A DNA stretch of 64,000 nucleotides from the NCBI GenBank assembly GCA_965644495.1, contig CBFFSA010000003.1, forward strand, positions 558,001 to 622,000, written 5' to 3'. Origin of the DNA: Perkinsela sp. CCAP 1560/9. Taxonomy: Eukaryota; Protista; Euglenozoa: Kinetoplastea. Below are positions 63,107 to 64,000 of the stretch, in pieces; position 1 is the stretch's first letter; the number at the start of each line of letters is the position of its first letter. A model generated the notes under the pieces. It saw only the letters and a list, made by a program, of their open reading frames with translations, was not told the DNA's origin and did not search any database. A program made the translations under genes and the position numbers.

Positions 63107-64000
63107 ATGCTGACTACAAGAAGCAGTGCGGTATACCGACCACTTAACATCTCAGAGATTCGATTACTGAATCCGGAACGTCAATATGGTATTGAGGCAT
63201 TAAGCGCAAATGAAACAATAGAGCTCAATGAAAAGTGGCCAGCATCGCATCTCTGTTCTTGGTTGGAGTCACACAAAGAGTCCTCGCGAAACGGTGCTAG
63301 AATAGCAGATATAGGAATTAAAAATGAAACCGACCACTATCCAGAAACGGAAGGATCTCCGGATGAACGTCAGTTTCTAGATGTGCAGAAAGAAAGACCC
63401 AGCAAACCTGGGACGTACAATATGTATGTATCCAGCATACCTCCCGATGCCTCTCCTGAGAAAGTGGTGATAACATATCCTATTCTTTGTAATTTAAGAA
63501 AGTCTTGCTGCCCTGACAACCGAGGTCACTCATCACTTGCAGAATGGCTCGATATTTCCAAGATCTCACTGGACGATATGGAATCTTATCTTTCATGTCT
63601 TGAATACGTCGCACATATCGGATGCGCGCAATCGGCGTTTATAACATTAAGAGAAGCCGTTCCTGTTATTCCCTCCCTTCTCTCGAAATTCATACCAAAT
63701 CTAAATTTAGAAGATTATTCATATAATGGACAGAAGGTCTATCGAATTATCAGTTCGTGTGGTCGCAAGGATGTGCCCATGTCATCTCTATATCGCCATC
63801 TGTACGAACAATGGTTGGAACTCCGTCTATGTAGAACACAGGGAACACATCTCCCTTGGGGAACGCCACTTATACCGGACTATGCCGTAGACCTTGAGCT
63901 AAAGTTAGGAGCTGCTCATTTCGGGGGTTACTTCTGTGACACTTTAAATGAAACAGATGCGCAGCTCCCGCATAAGCATGTATGCACAGATGACAATCTA
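63107..64000 (+). CDS. Hypothetical protein, runs off the window end
   Basis: Manual translation from ATG 63107 (MLTTRSSAVY...) is open for 298 codons to position 64000. Confidence 0.7.
   Translation, partial: MLTTRSSAVYRPLNISEIRLLNPERQYGIEALSANETIELNEKWPASHLCSWLESHKESSRNGARIADIGIKNETDHYPETEGSPDERQFLDVQKERPSKPGTYNMYVSSIPPDASPEKVVITYPILCNLRKSCCPDNRGHSSLAEWLDISKISLDDMESYLSCLEYVAHIGCAQSAFITLREAVPVIPSLLSKFIPNLNLEDYSYNGQKVYRIISSCGRKDVPMSSLYRHLYEQWLELRLCRTQGTHLPWGTPLIPDYAVDLELKLGAAHFGGYFCDTLNETDAQLPHKHVCTDDNL

Overview
This is eukaryotic nuclear DNA with kinetoplastid architecture. About 30 intronless housekeeping genes lie head-to-tail on the + strand, forming one polycistronic-type cluster. They include a phage-type mitochondrial RNA polymerase, a KPAP1/RET2-family nucleotidyltransferase, PEX7, mitochondrial EF-G, PDH E1-alpha, Gaa1, Nup62 and eIF3g. 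The compact layout plus DNA transposons suggests a non-trypanosomatid such as Perkinsela (inference only). Three accessory blocks interrupt the gene run (~6.0-7.7 kb, ~37.3-47.9 kb, ~49.5-52.3 kb). They hold nested and adjacent terminal-inverted-repeat (TIR) elements, several flanked by TA, and two retain decayed pogo/Tigger-type transposase motifs. Highlights: (1) two dispersed spliced-leader (SL) RNA-like loci. Each has the SL exon 3' half, a GT donor, a covarying hairpin and a ~0.5-0.7 kb highly structured tail; one lies inside and one abuts a TIR element. (2) Two tandem arrays built from small hairpins with compensatory substitutions. (3) Four same-polarity C-rich-to-G-rich skew-inversion islands overprinted on unrelated genes. 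(4) A Nup62-like protein whose repeats are mostly WG rather than FG. All calls are by-eye pattern recognition; no searches or folding programs were run.
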